Positions 33,810 to 42,831 of a stretch of 64,000 bases of DNA are shown in pieces. Within the stretch, counting starts at the first letter, position 1. Each line of letters begins with the position of its first letter. Position numbers and translations under genes: made by a program. The notes beneath the pieces are model-generated. The model worked only from the letters and a program-made list of their open reading frames with translations. It made no database searches and had not been told where the DNA came from. The stretch is from a virus: positions 1 through 64,000 of the IMG/VR virus record IMGVR_UViG_3300045961_000282; one strand, written 5' to 3'.

Positions 33810-35612
33810 CTAGTTGTTCGTCCAGCCCGCCTCCGAGAACGTTCCCCACCCCGATGACGGGGCCGCGGGGGGCGGCGCCGAAGATGGAGCAGAGTCTGGT
33901 GGATAGGTCTCGGTCCTCTCGATGGCGGCTCTGACCGCTTCGATCGGATGGTTGTTCGCATCTCGCGGCTCGCATGGCAGCCACGGCCAGTTGTCGGGGT
34001 CATTGCTGCGCCGCAGCGCCACGGGCCACTCCCGCTCGTCGCGCGCCCCGCGCCACGCGAGGAAGTCGGCGTAGTTGAGGTCGGGCATGCCCGGCTGGAT
34101 CGGGGCATCACCGGGCTGCGGGACATGCTCAGGTCCGGGATCCCGGAACGACAGCCCATACCCGAACTCGGGCCAACGAAGCAACAGGCTGGAACCGGTC
34201 GGACGCACCGGACGCACGCCACCCATCTTGTTGGACTTGAATCCGTCACTGTGTGGTGAATGCGCCTCCATCAACGTGGTGAACCCATACCGGGCCCGCG
34301 CCTGATCGATGGTTGACACGACCTTGCGGGTCAGGTCCTCCTCGTTGGGATTGCCGACGAACAGCCGGTACCACGGCCCGATGATGACCAGATCTGGCTT
34401 GAGAATTGCGAGCCGTTCAAAGAACCACGCAACATCATCCGGCTTGGTCAGATCGATTCCCTCGGTCCGATGTGCGAATCGGAACGCCCCCGTCGCGACA
34501 GGCCTGCCCATTTCGATGGCGATTCTTCCCAGATTCCCAAAGGCTCTTCGGTTCTGACGGATCGAGTTCTCTGCATCGAACCATGCCACCCGCTTCGGCT
34601 CGATGCTGGTCATGTAGAAGGGATGGATACCGGCAGCAACACATGTGGCGAACTGGCGAAGGACGCTGCTTTTACCGCCACCCTCAATTCCAGTTATGAT
34701 AATCCTGTCGCCTTTTTCGAGGAGACCCGGAATGAGCCATTCATACTGCTCCTCCGGGCCACTGATCAAGTCGACAAAATCAATCAGCCCCAAGTCGGGC
34801 GTCTCGATCTGATCGGTGATCTGCAGGTCGGCCAGCGTGTGCCCGGCGTTGATGTGGTCGGTGAAGTCCTTGAGATCGTCGGCCGCCTCGGCCACGAAAT
34901 CCACGACCCCGCCGACCTCCTCGATCAGTGACTTGACCAGCCGCGCGTGCTTGCGCCCGGCCTCATCGGCGTCGGCGATGATCGCGACGTGGGCCCCCGC
35001 CTTGAACACGTCGGCGAACTCGGGCAGGAACTTCCCGGCACCGCCGGAGTTGCAGGTGGCCACCAGCCCTAACGACTCGGCGGTGTGGACGTCCTTCTCG
35101 CCCTCAAGGATGTACGTGACCTCCCCCGCTGCCACCGCCGCCAGCACCTTGGGCAGCCGGTAGAGCACCGGGCGCACGCCGTCGAGGTTCCACGACCACC
35201 CGCTGGCCTTGGTCCCGTCGGGGCGGCGCTGGCGAAAGGTCTTCTTGCCGTCAGGGGTGTTGACCCGCACGACCTCGTAGAGCAGCGTGCCCTTCTCGTC
35301 CTCGTAGCGGTAGACCGCCGTCGCGGGCAGGTTGTTGCCGAACTGGTCCTTGACCGGGGTCCACTCTCCCGTGGTTTCCTCCTTGGGTTTCTCGCCCATG
35401 ATGTCGCGGAACGACAGCCCCCACGCATCGAGGATGTTCGGGGTGTCGCACCCTCCGTGGCAGTGGAGCAAAGCCATTCCCGTGTCGCTGACCTTGATCG
35501 CCAGCGACGCCGTGCCATCGTCGTGGGACGGGCACTTCGTCAGCCACTGGTCCCCGGCGCGCGTGATGCGTCCGGCCTTTGCTTCCAGTGCGGGGGGCAA
35601 CGCTCGTGGCAC
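33810..35612 (-). CDS. DNA primase-helicase (DnaG-type zinc finger, TOPRIM, P-loop NTPase)
   Basis: CPSHDDGTASLAIK...LLHCHGGC zinc finger; TOPRIM YILEGEKDVHTAESLG and IIADADEAG; Walker A ITGIEGGGKSSVL. Confidence 0.8.
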   Translation of the reverse strand: MPRALPPALEAKAGRITRAGDQWLTKCPSHDDGTASLAIKVSDTGMALLHCHGGCDTPNILDAWGLSFRDIMGEKPKEETTGEWTPVKDQFGNNLPATAVYRYEDEKGTLLYEVVRVNTPDGKKTFRQRRPDGTKASGWSWNLDGVRPVLYRLPKVLAAVAAGEVTYILEGEKDVHTAESLGLVATCNSGGAGKFLPEFADVFKAGAHVAIIADADEAGRKHARLVKSLIEEVGGVVDFVAEAADDLKDFTDHINAGHTLADLQITDQIETPDLGLIDFVDLISGPEEQYEWLIPGLLEKGDRIIITGIEGGGKSSVLRQFATCVAAGIHPFYMTSIEPKRVAWFDAENSIRQNRRAFGNLGRIAIEMGRPVATGAFRFAHRTEGIDLTKPDDVAWFFERLAILKPDLVIIGPWYRLFVGNPNEEDLTRKVVSTIDQARARYGFTTLMEAHSPHSDGFKSNKMGGVRPVRPTGSSLLLRWPEFGYGLSFRDPGPEHVPQPGDAPIQPGMPDLNYADFLAWRGARDEREWPVALRRSNDPDNWPWLPCEPRDANNHPIEAVRAAIERTETYPPDSAPSSAPPPAAPSSGWGTFSEAGWTNN

Positions 35613-35664
35613 GGAACCTCCTTGGTGGTGTTGATGCCCGAAACCCTAGCAGGCAATCGGTAGG
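35613..35664. promoter_or_regulatory. divergent promoter region
   Basis: 52-nt gap between divergently oriented primase and endonuclease VII genes. Confidence 0.4.
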
Positions 35665-36477
35665 GTGGTCAGCATGCCATGTGCGACCTGCGGAGGCCCC
35701 CTGACCGGACGGGCCAAACGCTACTGCTCCGACTTCTGCGCGAAGGCCAAACCGTGTCGCACCTGCGGGACGCTCAAGGTCGGTCAGAGCCCCTACTGCC
35801 CCGACTGCCGCCGCGACCGCACCCCCAGCGTCGAACTGTGCCTCGACCCCGAGTGGCTGGCCCGGCAGGCCACCCGCGACGAACGACCCAAGCGCAAGCC
35901 GCAGGGAGGCCCCACCGACCTGTGGTGGTGCGCCGGATGCCGCGACTGGCTGAGCCCGCGATGGTTCCTGTCGTGGAAGCAGATCAAGGCGCAGGCCAAG
36001 GTGCCCGACCGCTGCCGCCCCTGTCGGTCGGCCCGCGGCCATGCCGCGAAGATCAAGGCCGAGTACGGCATGACCCCCGAAGATTACGACGCCCTGCTGG
36101 CCCTACAGGGCGGCGGGTGCGCCATCTGTGACGGCAAGCCCAAGACTGAAAGGTTGTCGGTAGACCATGATCATGAGACGGGCGCGGTTCGAGGCTTGCT
36201 CTGCAGCAAGGACAACAGCGAGTTGCTGTCCGGTGTCCGGCACTCGCATCGGCTGGCCTCACGTGCCGCGCTGTACCTGATCAGCCCTCCCGCGCAGACC
36301 GGCGTCGCCGTGCCCTACGCCACGTCCATCGCGACCGAGGAACTGCGCCTGCTGGTGCAGGGCGCAGCGTGCGCGCTGCTGGGGGACGCGGCGCTGGAGG
36401 TGTGCTGCGACGACGTGCCACGACTGCGGGATCTGGTCGACCGGCTGTGGGTGGAGTTGGACCCTACGGCCGGTTGA
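35665..36477 (+). CDS. recombination endonuclease VII-like Holliday-junction resolvase with N-terminal Cys-rich zinc fingers
   Basis: GGCAICDGKPKTERLSVDHDHETGAVRGLLCSKDN is the Endo VII signature. Confidence 0.75.
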   Translation: MVSMPCATCGGPLTGRAKRYCSDFCAKAKPCRTCGTLKVGQSPYCPDCRRDRTPSVELCLDPEWLARQATRDERPKRKPQGGPTDLWWCAGCRDWLSPRWFLSWKQIKAQAKVPDRCRPCRSARGHAAKIKAEYGMTPEDYDALLALQGGGCAICDGKPKTERLSVDHDHETGAVRGLLCSKDNSELLSGVRHSHRLASRAALYLISPPAQTGVAVPYATSIATEELRLLVQGAACALLGDAALEVCCDDVPRLRDLVDRLWVELDPTAG

Positions 36478-37210
36478 TGATCGTCACACCCATGCCCTTG
36501 AACAGGTGCGTCGCCTGCTTGGGGCCCACGCTCGACTTGCCCTTCGGGTCGCTGCCGAACCCGTGCGCCTTCTGGCACGCCCGCACCGCGGCGTCGGTCA
36601 TGTCCCCGTAGTTGCCGGTGACCGGCAGTTTGTCCTGCCCGGGGATGCTGTGGGCGTTGAGGGCCTTCTGCAGCAACCGCACGCTGGCGGAGTCCTTGGT
36701 CCCCGCCTTGAGTTGTTCCAGTCGCACGGTGGGCTTGGGCGGCGCTGGCGGCGGCTTGGGCGCGGCGGGGGCGGGCGACCACTTCAGCGACGGCGCCGGG
36801 TCCACGCAGTTGCCGCAGGACCACGTCCCGGCCTTGCGGTGCCGCTCGAAGTGCAGGTGCGGCCCGGTCACGTTGCCTTCTGCGCCGATCTCGCCGATCT
36901 TGTCCCCGGCCTTCACCTTCGTGCCCGCGGCAACCCGCATCCGCATATGGGCGTAGAAGTCACCCGTGCCGTCGGCGGCCACGATCAGCACCTGCTTGGA
37001 GCCGAATGCCCGCCCGAAGTTGACGTGGCGCACCGTGCCCGGCCGGGCGGCCACGACCTTCGTGCCCAACGGGGCCGCGATGTCGATGCCGGTGTGCTTG
37101 CCAAGACCGTTGCGCCGGTCACATGACCAGTATTTGCTGCGCTTTCCGTATGCCGTCGAAACAGAACGGCCCGGGACGGGATTTCCGATGTCTACTGCCC
37201 TCGCTTCCGA
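36464..37210 (-). CDS. M23 (LytM) peptidase domain plus peptidoglycan-binding domain, in-frame continuation after a TGA stop
   Basis: GKHTGIDIAAPLGT (H-x-G-x-D) and GPHLHFE motifs; LQKALNAHSIPGQDKLPVTGNYGDMTDAAVRACQKAHGF is PG_binding_1-like. The first in-frame start (TTG 37069) lies downstream of the H-x-G-x-D motif. Confidence 0.55.
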   Translation of the reverse strand, partial: SEARAVDIGNPVPGRSVSTAYGKRSKYWSCDRRNGLGKHTGIDIAAPLGTKVVAARPGTVRHVNFGRAFGSKQVLIVAADGTGDFYAHMRMRVAAGTKVKAGDKIGEIGAEGNVTGPHLHFERHRKAGTWSCGNCVDPAPSLKWSPAPAAPKPPPAPPKPTVRLEQLKAGTKDSASVRLLQKALNAHSIPGQDKLPVTGNYGDMTDAAVRACQKAHGFGSDPKGKSSVGPKQATHLFKGMGVTIINRP

Positions 37211-38488
37211 TCAGATGATTCCGGCAGGAATCATTGATTCCTTGGTCGACACGGCCCCACCATTGGTGGGCAGCACGAAGACCCTGCCCCGCCTGCCTGC
37301 GATCTGACTGTCGCTGACCGACTCGACGCGCGGCATCCACGTGATCCGCGTGTCGCGCCACGCGATGGGCCTGCGGTCGGATGCGTAGACCCCGGCCTTC
37401 TTCATCGCGGCAGTGAGTGCTGTCTGTGGGTCTGCCCACTTGGGTCGCGACCGGGGATCGACGTAGACCCCGAGCCCGTACCGCCCCCCGGTCAGCCTGC
37501 AGGCATCGATGCGCACCCCCGAGGCGCCCGACACCTTCACTGCGTCCTGCCCCGCCTTGACGGTGAGGTTCTTCATCCGCAAGGCGTGGGACAGTTCGAA
37601 GAACACCCCGTTGCCTGTCGCGTCGATGCTGCCACCGGAGATGTCCACGTCAGTTGTGGACTGGTCGAACCAGAGCCCGTGACCGACCGCTTCGCGAACG
37701 GTGGGATTGATCAGCGTCACCCCCCGACAGCGGCTGGTCTTGAGTGCCCCCGACTGCGGGCTGGCGGTGAACATGCGCTGCGAGTTCACCTTCGTCCAAC
37801 TCACATTCTCGAGCCGCAGCGTGGTGCACAGCACTGCCGCGATGCCCATCCACCCGCACCGGGACAGCGCAGTGTCCTTGATCACCACCTTGGACCCGGT
37901 CGCTCGCACGGATGCGAACGAACAGGAGTCGATGGTGCATGACTCGATCCGCCCGCCGTCCTTGACCAGAATCGCTGCCCCGTCCCCGGGCGTCGGGCTG
38001 TAGCGCGCCACTGCGACGCCCTTGAGCGTCCCGGACAGGTTCTTGATCGCCACCCGATGCCGCGAGGCGATGATGCCCAGCGCCTCGTCGTCCTTGTGGA
38101 CCCACAGGCGCCCGCCCGCGACAGCGAACGTGCCCCGCTTCACCGCACCCGTGGTGGCGACCCGCCGCAGCCTGCCGTCGCCCGCCCCGCGGCGCGTCCA
38201 CACCTGATCGGCATGCTTGCCCATCGGGTCGGCGAGGTTCTGGCCCTTGGAGAACGCGATGCCGTGTCCATCGACGACAGGCAACTGGCTGTAAGGGGCT
38301 GAGCGCAGTTCGCCCTCGGGGCGCCATCCGGAGATGACCTGCGACCCTTCAAGGGTGGCCTTGCCCTTGCCGTCGAGCGTCGCCCCCTTGGGGATCACCA
38401 GATTCGAGAATCGGTGCGTGCCCGGCTCGAGCACGACCACCCCGCCCTTGTTGAGCGCGGCCTGCACCTGCGTCTGAGTCTGTGCCAT
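37211..38488 (-). CDS. right-handed beta-helix (pectate-lyase fold) protein, tail-associated depolymerase/lysin candidate
   Basis: Parallel beta-helix repeats (NLSGTLKGVAVA..., GSKVVIKDTALSRCG..., GVTLINPTVREAVGHG...). Start MAQTQTQVQAALNKGG with ATGA overlap at 38488. Ends at a TGA that is in frame with the M23 ORF. Confidence 0.55.
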   Translation of the reverse strand: MAQTQTQVQAALNKGGVVVLEPGTHRFSNLVIPKGATLDGKGKATLEGSQVISGWRPEGELRSAPYSQLPVVDGHGIAFSKGQNLADPMGKHADQVWTRRGAGDGRLRRVATTGAVKRGTFAVAGGRLWVHKDDEALGIIASRHRVAIKNLSGTLKGVAVARYSPTPGDGAAILVKDGGRIESCTIDSCSFASVRATGSKVVIKDTALSRCGWMGIAAVLCTTLRLENVSWTKVNSQRMFTASPQSGALKTSRCRGVTLINPTVREAVGHGLWFDQSTTDVDISGGSIDATGNGVFFELSHALRMKNLTVKAGQDAVKVSGASGVRIDACRLTGGRYGLGVYVDPRSRPKWADPQTALTAAMKKAGVYASDRRPIAWRDTRITWMPRVESVSDSQIAGRRGRVFVLPTNGGAVSTKESMIPAGII

Positions 38489-38904
38489 CAACCCAGCCTC
38501 GTGGACTTGCACACGAATCGCATCTGATGGGTCCCCGACGACAACTTGATGCGGAACGCCACCGGCCCGCCGCCGTAGATGGGGTGCTCGATCGGGGTCC
38601 GCCACCGATGCCACTCCGCGCCCCACTTGCGCGCAGGCATCACGGCGTTGTGGCCGGTGGAGTCCTCCTTGGACAGCCCCGACCAGCCGACCCGCACCAG
38701 TTGGACCTCAGCCTCAACCTTGGGGTCGGCGGGCATCCGCACTTGGAAGGAGTGCAGGAACTTCCCGCCCTTCGGGGTGTTGATGACGGCCGCCGTGAAC
38801 CATACGCCACCCTTGACCGACACCGGCTTGTCCGCCGGGGTCTTGTGCATCACCGATTGCCCTTTTGCCCACTTTGTCAGTGGAAGTCCGAGTGCAGCCA
38901 CCAT
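38488..38904 (-). CDS. hypothetical protein
   Basis: Start MVAALGLPLTKWAKGQSV. Confidence 0.45.
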   Translation of the reverse strand: MVAALGLPLTKWAKGQSVMHKTPADKPVSVKGGVWFTAAVINTPKGGKFLHSFQVRMPADPKVEAEVQLVRVGWSGLSKEDSTGHNAVMPARKWGAEWHRWRTPIEHPIYGGGPVAFRIKLSSGTHQMRFVCKSTRLG

Positions 38905-38911
38905 GTGCTCC

Positions 38912-40015
38912 TTATAGTCGTTGGGCAGTAAGTGCGAGCGTAACGTTTTGCGTTGATGCAGAGTTATGGACCACGTATGGGACGATCTCGATCTGGCTGG
39001 TGTTGGACGCCCTGAATATCCATGACAACTCACCACCGGACATTCCGGTGCTACCGTTGATAGAGGAGAATTGAACTCTATCCGCAAGACCCATGGCGAG
39101 TCGAATGCCGATATTCATGTTGCCACCAAAAATTGCATGATAGACAACTAGAAAAACATCACCTGCTGAATGCCCATTGATTCGCAGGCTCGTTGAGGTC
39201 CATGTTGCCCAAATCGGTTGGGTTCCAGAAGGAGTCATCGCCGATGACAGGCCCCGCCACCCGGTTCCTGACGCAGTGCTGTTGTTTACCCACGCGTAAG
39301 CATGCTCAGAATCGGCTCGTCGATCAACGTAGCCTTTCGTGGCGATGCCCAGCGCAGCCGTTGGGTTGCCTGACACCGTCGCTAGCCCTGTTGCGCGATC
39401 GAAGAGCATGGCCGAGCCGAGCGGTGACCCATCGTCGGCGTACCGATTGACCGTCAAACTGCTCCCTGCGTTACCGCCACTCTCGACGTCAGGGTTTTTT
39501 GCGATCAGCCACCGAGTTTTTCCTGCCCTACTTCCAACCAGCATCCCGGCGTGGCCATCCGAGTAGGTGCGCAAATATGCCGTTGTGTCCTTGGAGAGGA
39601 TGAGATCACCGCTCATTGTGTCGCCAGTCTTGGCGACTTTTTGATCGGCATACTGCTTGGTAGCGGCAGCGTTTTGGTCCTGCGGATGATCGACGATCAA
39701 TTGCTCCAATTTTCCATCAAGTTTGTTTATCAATCGAACCTGTCCGGTCACCTCGGTCAGCCGGGCACTCTCCCATTCCGGACCAAGCCAATCTGTAAAT
39801 CCGATGTTCCCAGACATCATGTCGCCGGACTTCTGGACGAACGACGACACATCAGGAGCAGGCCCTTCCGGGCCCGACGGCCCTTCAGGCCCTTGGGCTC
39901 CGTCGGCTCCCGCAGGGCCTTGGGGGCCGGGGGGCCCTTGCGGTCCGCGGGGTCCCGCGATGTTCAGGGACTTCCACTCACCGGTATTTGGGTCGCGGTA
40001 CTTGATCGCGCCCAT
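38912..40015 (-). CDS. tail-fibre-like protein with N-terminal anchor motif and collagen-like repeat
   Basis: MGAIKYRDPNTGEWKSLN then GPRGPQGPPGPQGPAGADGAQGPEGPSGPEGP (G-X-Y x11). Confidence 0.65.
   Translation of the reverse strand: MGAIKYRDPNTGEWKSLNIAGPRGPQGPPGPQGPAGADGAQGPEGPSGPEGPAPDVSSFVQKSGDMMSGNIGFTDWLGPEWESARLTEVTGQVRLINKLDGKLEQLIVDHPQDQNAAATKQYADQKVAKTGDTMSGDLILSKDTTAYLRTYSDGHAGMLVGSRAGKTRWLIAKNPDVESGGNAGSSLTVNRYADDGSPLGSAMLFDRATGLATVSGNPTAALGIATKGYVDRRADSEHAYAWVNNSTASGTGWRGLSSAMTPSGTQPIWATWTSTSLRINGHSAGDVFLVVYHAIFGGNMNIGIRLAMGLADRVQFSSINGSTGMSGGELSWIFRASNTSQIEIVPYVVHNSASTQNVTLALTAQRL
39856..39958 (-). repeat. collagen-like G-X-Y coding repeat
   Basis: GGNCCN triplet periodicity on the minus strand. 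Confidence 0.6.
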
Positions 40016-40067
40016 CAGGCAGCCCTTTCCGAAATGAAATGCAGGTCATGAGAAATCATGCTATTTC

Positions 40068-40868
40068 TCAAATCTTTTTCATGATGTAGGTCAGGGCGTA
40101 ATAAGGTGGGCGGTTTTCGTGCGCCTGCCCGCCTCCCTCGGCTGTGATGCTGTGGCTGTGAACGTTGCTCTGACTCATCCAGCCCGTGGAGAAGTCGTGC
40201 TGGTGATCGGTGTTGACCACGCCTGCGTTCAGGTCATTCCAGTAGCCGCCCGGCGGCGCATCGGTATGTCGCTTGAGGACGTTGCCATCCCACCCACCCG
40301 CCTCTGGCGGCCCGCCCGTCCCGGTCCGCAGGCCAGTGCCGTGTCCGTGGGCGGCGTTGTAGCCGTCTGCCTGATGTCCCGTGCGCCCCGAGTGCGTATG
40401 GTTCACATCGACCTGTGACGTGCTGCCCGTGTGGTTGTGCCACGGCACGTGCTCGATCCCAAGGGTCACCGCCGCCGCGCCACCCGTCGCGCCGTTGGCG
40501 TAGCCCGCACCGGCCCCGACGACGAACCTGTCCCGCAGGTCCGGGGTCGTTGCGGACCCGATGATGGCCTGCAGTTCGGTCGACCCGTGGGCGCTGCCGT
40601 CGCACAGGTGCCACCCCTCCGGAGCGACCGACCCGCCGTAGGCGATCACCGCGCCGATCGGCATGGCGGCATTGAGTTCGGCCCTCTGCACGAACGTCGA
40701 CGTGTCCGGTGCGGGACCCTCGGGCCCCTGCGGACCATCGGCCCCTGCGGGCCCTGCGGGCCCTTCGGGGCCCTGTGGGCCGGGGGGCCCCTGAGGGCCA
40801 CGGGGGCCTGCCGTGTTCAGGGACCGCCACTCACCCGTGTCCGCGTCGCGGTACTTGATGACAGCCAT
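40068..40868 (-). CDS. tail-fibre-like protein: anchor motif, collagen-like repeat, phage tail-collar domain
   Basis: MAVIKYRDADTGEWRSLN, G-X-Y x11, collar motif PIGAVIAYGGSVAPEGWHLCDGS. About 78% nt identity to the 5-prime end of 38912..40015. Confidence 0.7.
   Translation of the reverse strand: MAVIKYRDADTGEWRSLNTAGPRGPQGPPGPQGPEGPAGPAGADGPQGPEGPAPDTSTFVQRAELNAAMPIGAVIAYGGSVAPEGWHLCDGSAHGSTELQAIIGSATTPDLRDRFVVGAGAGYANGATGGAAAVTLGIEHVPWHNHTGSTSQVDVNHTHSGRTGHQADGYNAAHGHGTGLRTGTGGPPEAGGWDGNVLKRHTDAPPGGYWNDLNAGVVNTDHQHDFSTGWMSQSNVHSHSITAEGGGQAHENRPPYYALTYIMKKI
40709..40811 (-). repeat. collagen-like G-X-Y coding repeat
   Basis: G-X-Y x11. Confidence 0.6.
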
Positions 40869-41335
40869 CAGACCGCCTTCTTCTTCTTGGGCTCCGGCTC
40901 TGGTTCACGCTCAACCTCAGGCTCAAGTTCCGGCTGAGCCTCGCCCTCGATCTCAATCTCGGGTTCGTACCCGAACTCGACCTCAGGCTCCGGTTCGTAC
41001 CCCACCTCGGATTCAGGGGCGGCCTCGTATCCAGTCTCGGGTTCGACCTCGGGCTCGTATTCAAAGTCCGGCTCAGGCTCAACCTCGGGCCGATATCCGA
41101 CCTGATCGTCGATGCCGAAGTAGGAGCCCAGCCCCGCCGACACCAGTCCGATGACGCCCGTGCCCAGCACCAGCAGCAGCCCCGTCTCGGCATCGCCGAG
41201 GTTACGGGTCGAGTTCAGTGCGCCCCACAGCACGGCAAAGGTGAGCAGCAGGAACAGGATGCACACCGCAGAGGTGAGCATGATCACGACGCGGGTCACT
41301 CCGGGGTGCGGTTCGCGCTCCATGTCAACGCCCAT
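40868..41335 (-). CDS. membrane protein with acidic EPEVEPE-repeat C-terminus
   Basis: Two TM helices then EVEPEPDFEYEPEVEPETGYEAAPESEVGYEPEPEVEFGYEPEIE; 1-nt TGATG overlap with the downstream gene. Confidence 0.5.
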   Translation of the reverse strand: MGVDMEREPHPGVTRVVIMLTSAVCILFLLLTFAVLWGALNSTRNLGDAETGLLLVLGTGVIGLVSAGLGSYFGIDDQVGYRPEVEPEPDFEYEPEVEPETGYEAAPESEVGYEPEPEVEFGYEPEIEIEGEAQPELEPEVEREPEPEPKKKKAV

Positions 41336-41627
41336 TTATCGACCTGCGGCCGAAGTATCGACCGATGATCGTCGACAGCAGCGACAGCACGCCGCCGGTC
41401 AGGGTCAGGATCAGGTTCTGGGCGTTGCTGGACAGATCAAGTCCGGGCTCACCGGAGGAAGAATCGATCACGATGCCGATGCCCACCATCATGAAGAACA
41501 CCAGAACCGCTCCGGCGGCGATCTGAAGGGCGATCAGGAACCCCGCGTCGAGGTCGCCGCTCCACGCCTTGCCTATCCCACCCTGCTCTTTCTGGGGAGA
41601 GTTGGAGGGGCTAGTCACATCGCTCAT
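41325..41627 (-). CDS. membrane protein (2 TM)
   Basis: LIALQIAAGAVLVFFMMVGIGIVI and ILTLTGGVLSLLSTIIG helices. Confidence 0.5.
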   Translation of the reverse strand: MSDVTSPSNSPQKEQGGIGKAWSGDLDAGFLIALQIAAGAVLVFFMMVGIGIVIDSSSGEPGLDLSSNAQNLILTLTGGVLSLLSTIIGRYFGRRSINGR

Positions 41628-41869
41628 GGCGCTCCTTCCGCGCTTCTCATCTCAGCGATCAGATGTTCCAGAGATTCGATTCTGGTCAGGATGTCGGTCA
41701 TGGTTGCGTCATCCCGCGAAGGCAAGCGCGTCGAGGTGTTGACCCATAACTTGACGTCAGGATCGGTGGGCTCAGTGGGAGAGACCTCGATCTCATCGAG
41801 GGGGTCCCGGGGAACGACCAGTGGAACCCACTTGCCGCCAGCGAGATCGCGGTAGTACAGGATGGCCAC
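41624..41869 (-). CDS. short anchor-motif protein (fibre N-terminal module only)
   Basis: MAILYYRDLAGGKWVPLVVPRDP ... KLWVNT; no fibre body. Confidence 0.5.
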   Translation of the reverse strand: MAILYYRDLAGGKWVPLVVPRDPLDEIEVSPTEPTDPDVKLWVNTSTRLPSRDDATMTDILTRIESLEHLIAEMRSAEGAP

Positions 41870-41871
41870 AG

Positions 41872-42636
41872 TCAGGCCCCCTTGTAGATTATGTGGTTCA
41901 GCGCGAAGTAGGGCGGCATGATCGAGAAGGGCGCGCTTCCGCCGTCAGAAGGAATGGGGTGCGCATGCGGGCCACTGCCGACCTGCCGCAGCATGCTCGG
42001 ATCCCCCTCCAGCAGGGCGGGGTCGATCTGCCACCTGTCCGCGTCGCCCGTGGCCCCCTCGCCCGCGGGCCCCGTCGCGCCACCGTGGTTGTGGCGGGGC
42101 ATGTTGCTCACGGTCAGCGCGACCCGCTCGGCCCCGCCCTTGCTTCCGTGGGGGTATCCGTTGCCTGAGACCAAGATGAACCCGCTGCGCAGGTCGGGGG
42201 TGCGGTCGCTGCCCAGCACCTCTTCGAGAGCCGGAGAGCCGTGCACCGTCCCGTCACACAGGTGCCACCGCGGCGGCGCCAGTCGGCCCCCGAATGGGAC
42301 GATCACTCCGATCGGAACCGAGCCCTGTGAGTCGACGCGCTCGTCGACGTACTCCTTGGTCGCCGCATGGAACGGCTCGTGTGGCGGGCCCACCAGCGAC
42401 AATGGACCCAGCATCCGGTCACCGTCGGCATTGACGAACCGCTTGTCCAAGAAGGTCCAGCCGTCGACCTCGTCTGCGGTGCGAACGACATCATCGGACG
42501 TGTCGATCCAGATCTCGTAGCCGCCCTCCTTGATCGGCGGCTGCGCACCGCCGATCTGCACCTCTTCGGCCAAATCCGTCGTGGCAAACGGACGCCACTC
42601 ATCATCCGCGGGGTCGCGGTAGTACAAAGTGGGCAC
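41872..42636 (-). CDS. tail-fibre-like protein with anchor motif and tail-collar domain
   Basis: GTG start after GGAGG RBS: VPTLYYRDPADDEWRPF; collar motif PIGVIVPFGGRLAPPRWHLCDGTVHG. Confidence 0.6.
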   Translation of the reverse strand: MPTLYYRDPADDEWRPFATTDLAEEVQIGGAQPPIKEGGYEIWIDTSDDVVRTADEVDGWTFLDKRFVNADGDRMLGPLSLVGPPHEPFHAATKEYVDERVDSQGSVPIGVIVPFGGRLAPPRWHLCDGTVHGSPALEEVLGSDRTPDLRSGFILVSGNGYPHGSKGGAERVALTVSNMPRHNHGGATGPAGEGATGDADRWQIDPALLEGDPSMLRQVGSGPHAHPIPSDGGSAPFSIMPPYFALNHIIYKGA

Positions 42637-42831
42637 GGTCGGCCTCCAGCGGGGTGCGGCGCAGCACGAATGTACCAACGGGGCCCCGTGCGGGCGGGGC
42701 GTTTCTGCAACGGTCGTCAAGCAATGTCAGACCCCCCGCCTAGGGTCGCAGTGTGGGTTCGGAACCGGGCCCGGCACCGCGATCCTGATAGGGTTACGGC
42801 AGCATCACCAACGACACAAGGAAGGTCTCCC
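42637..42831. promoter_or_regulatory. divergent intergenic region
   Basis: About 195 nt between divergent genes; GGAAGG RBS before 42832. Confidence 0.35.
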
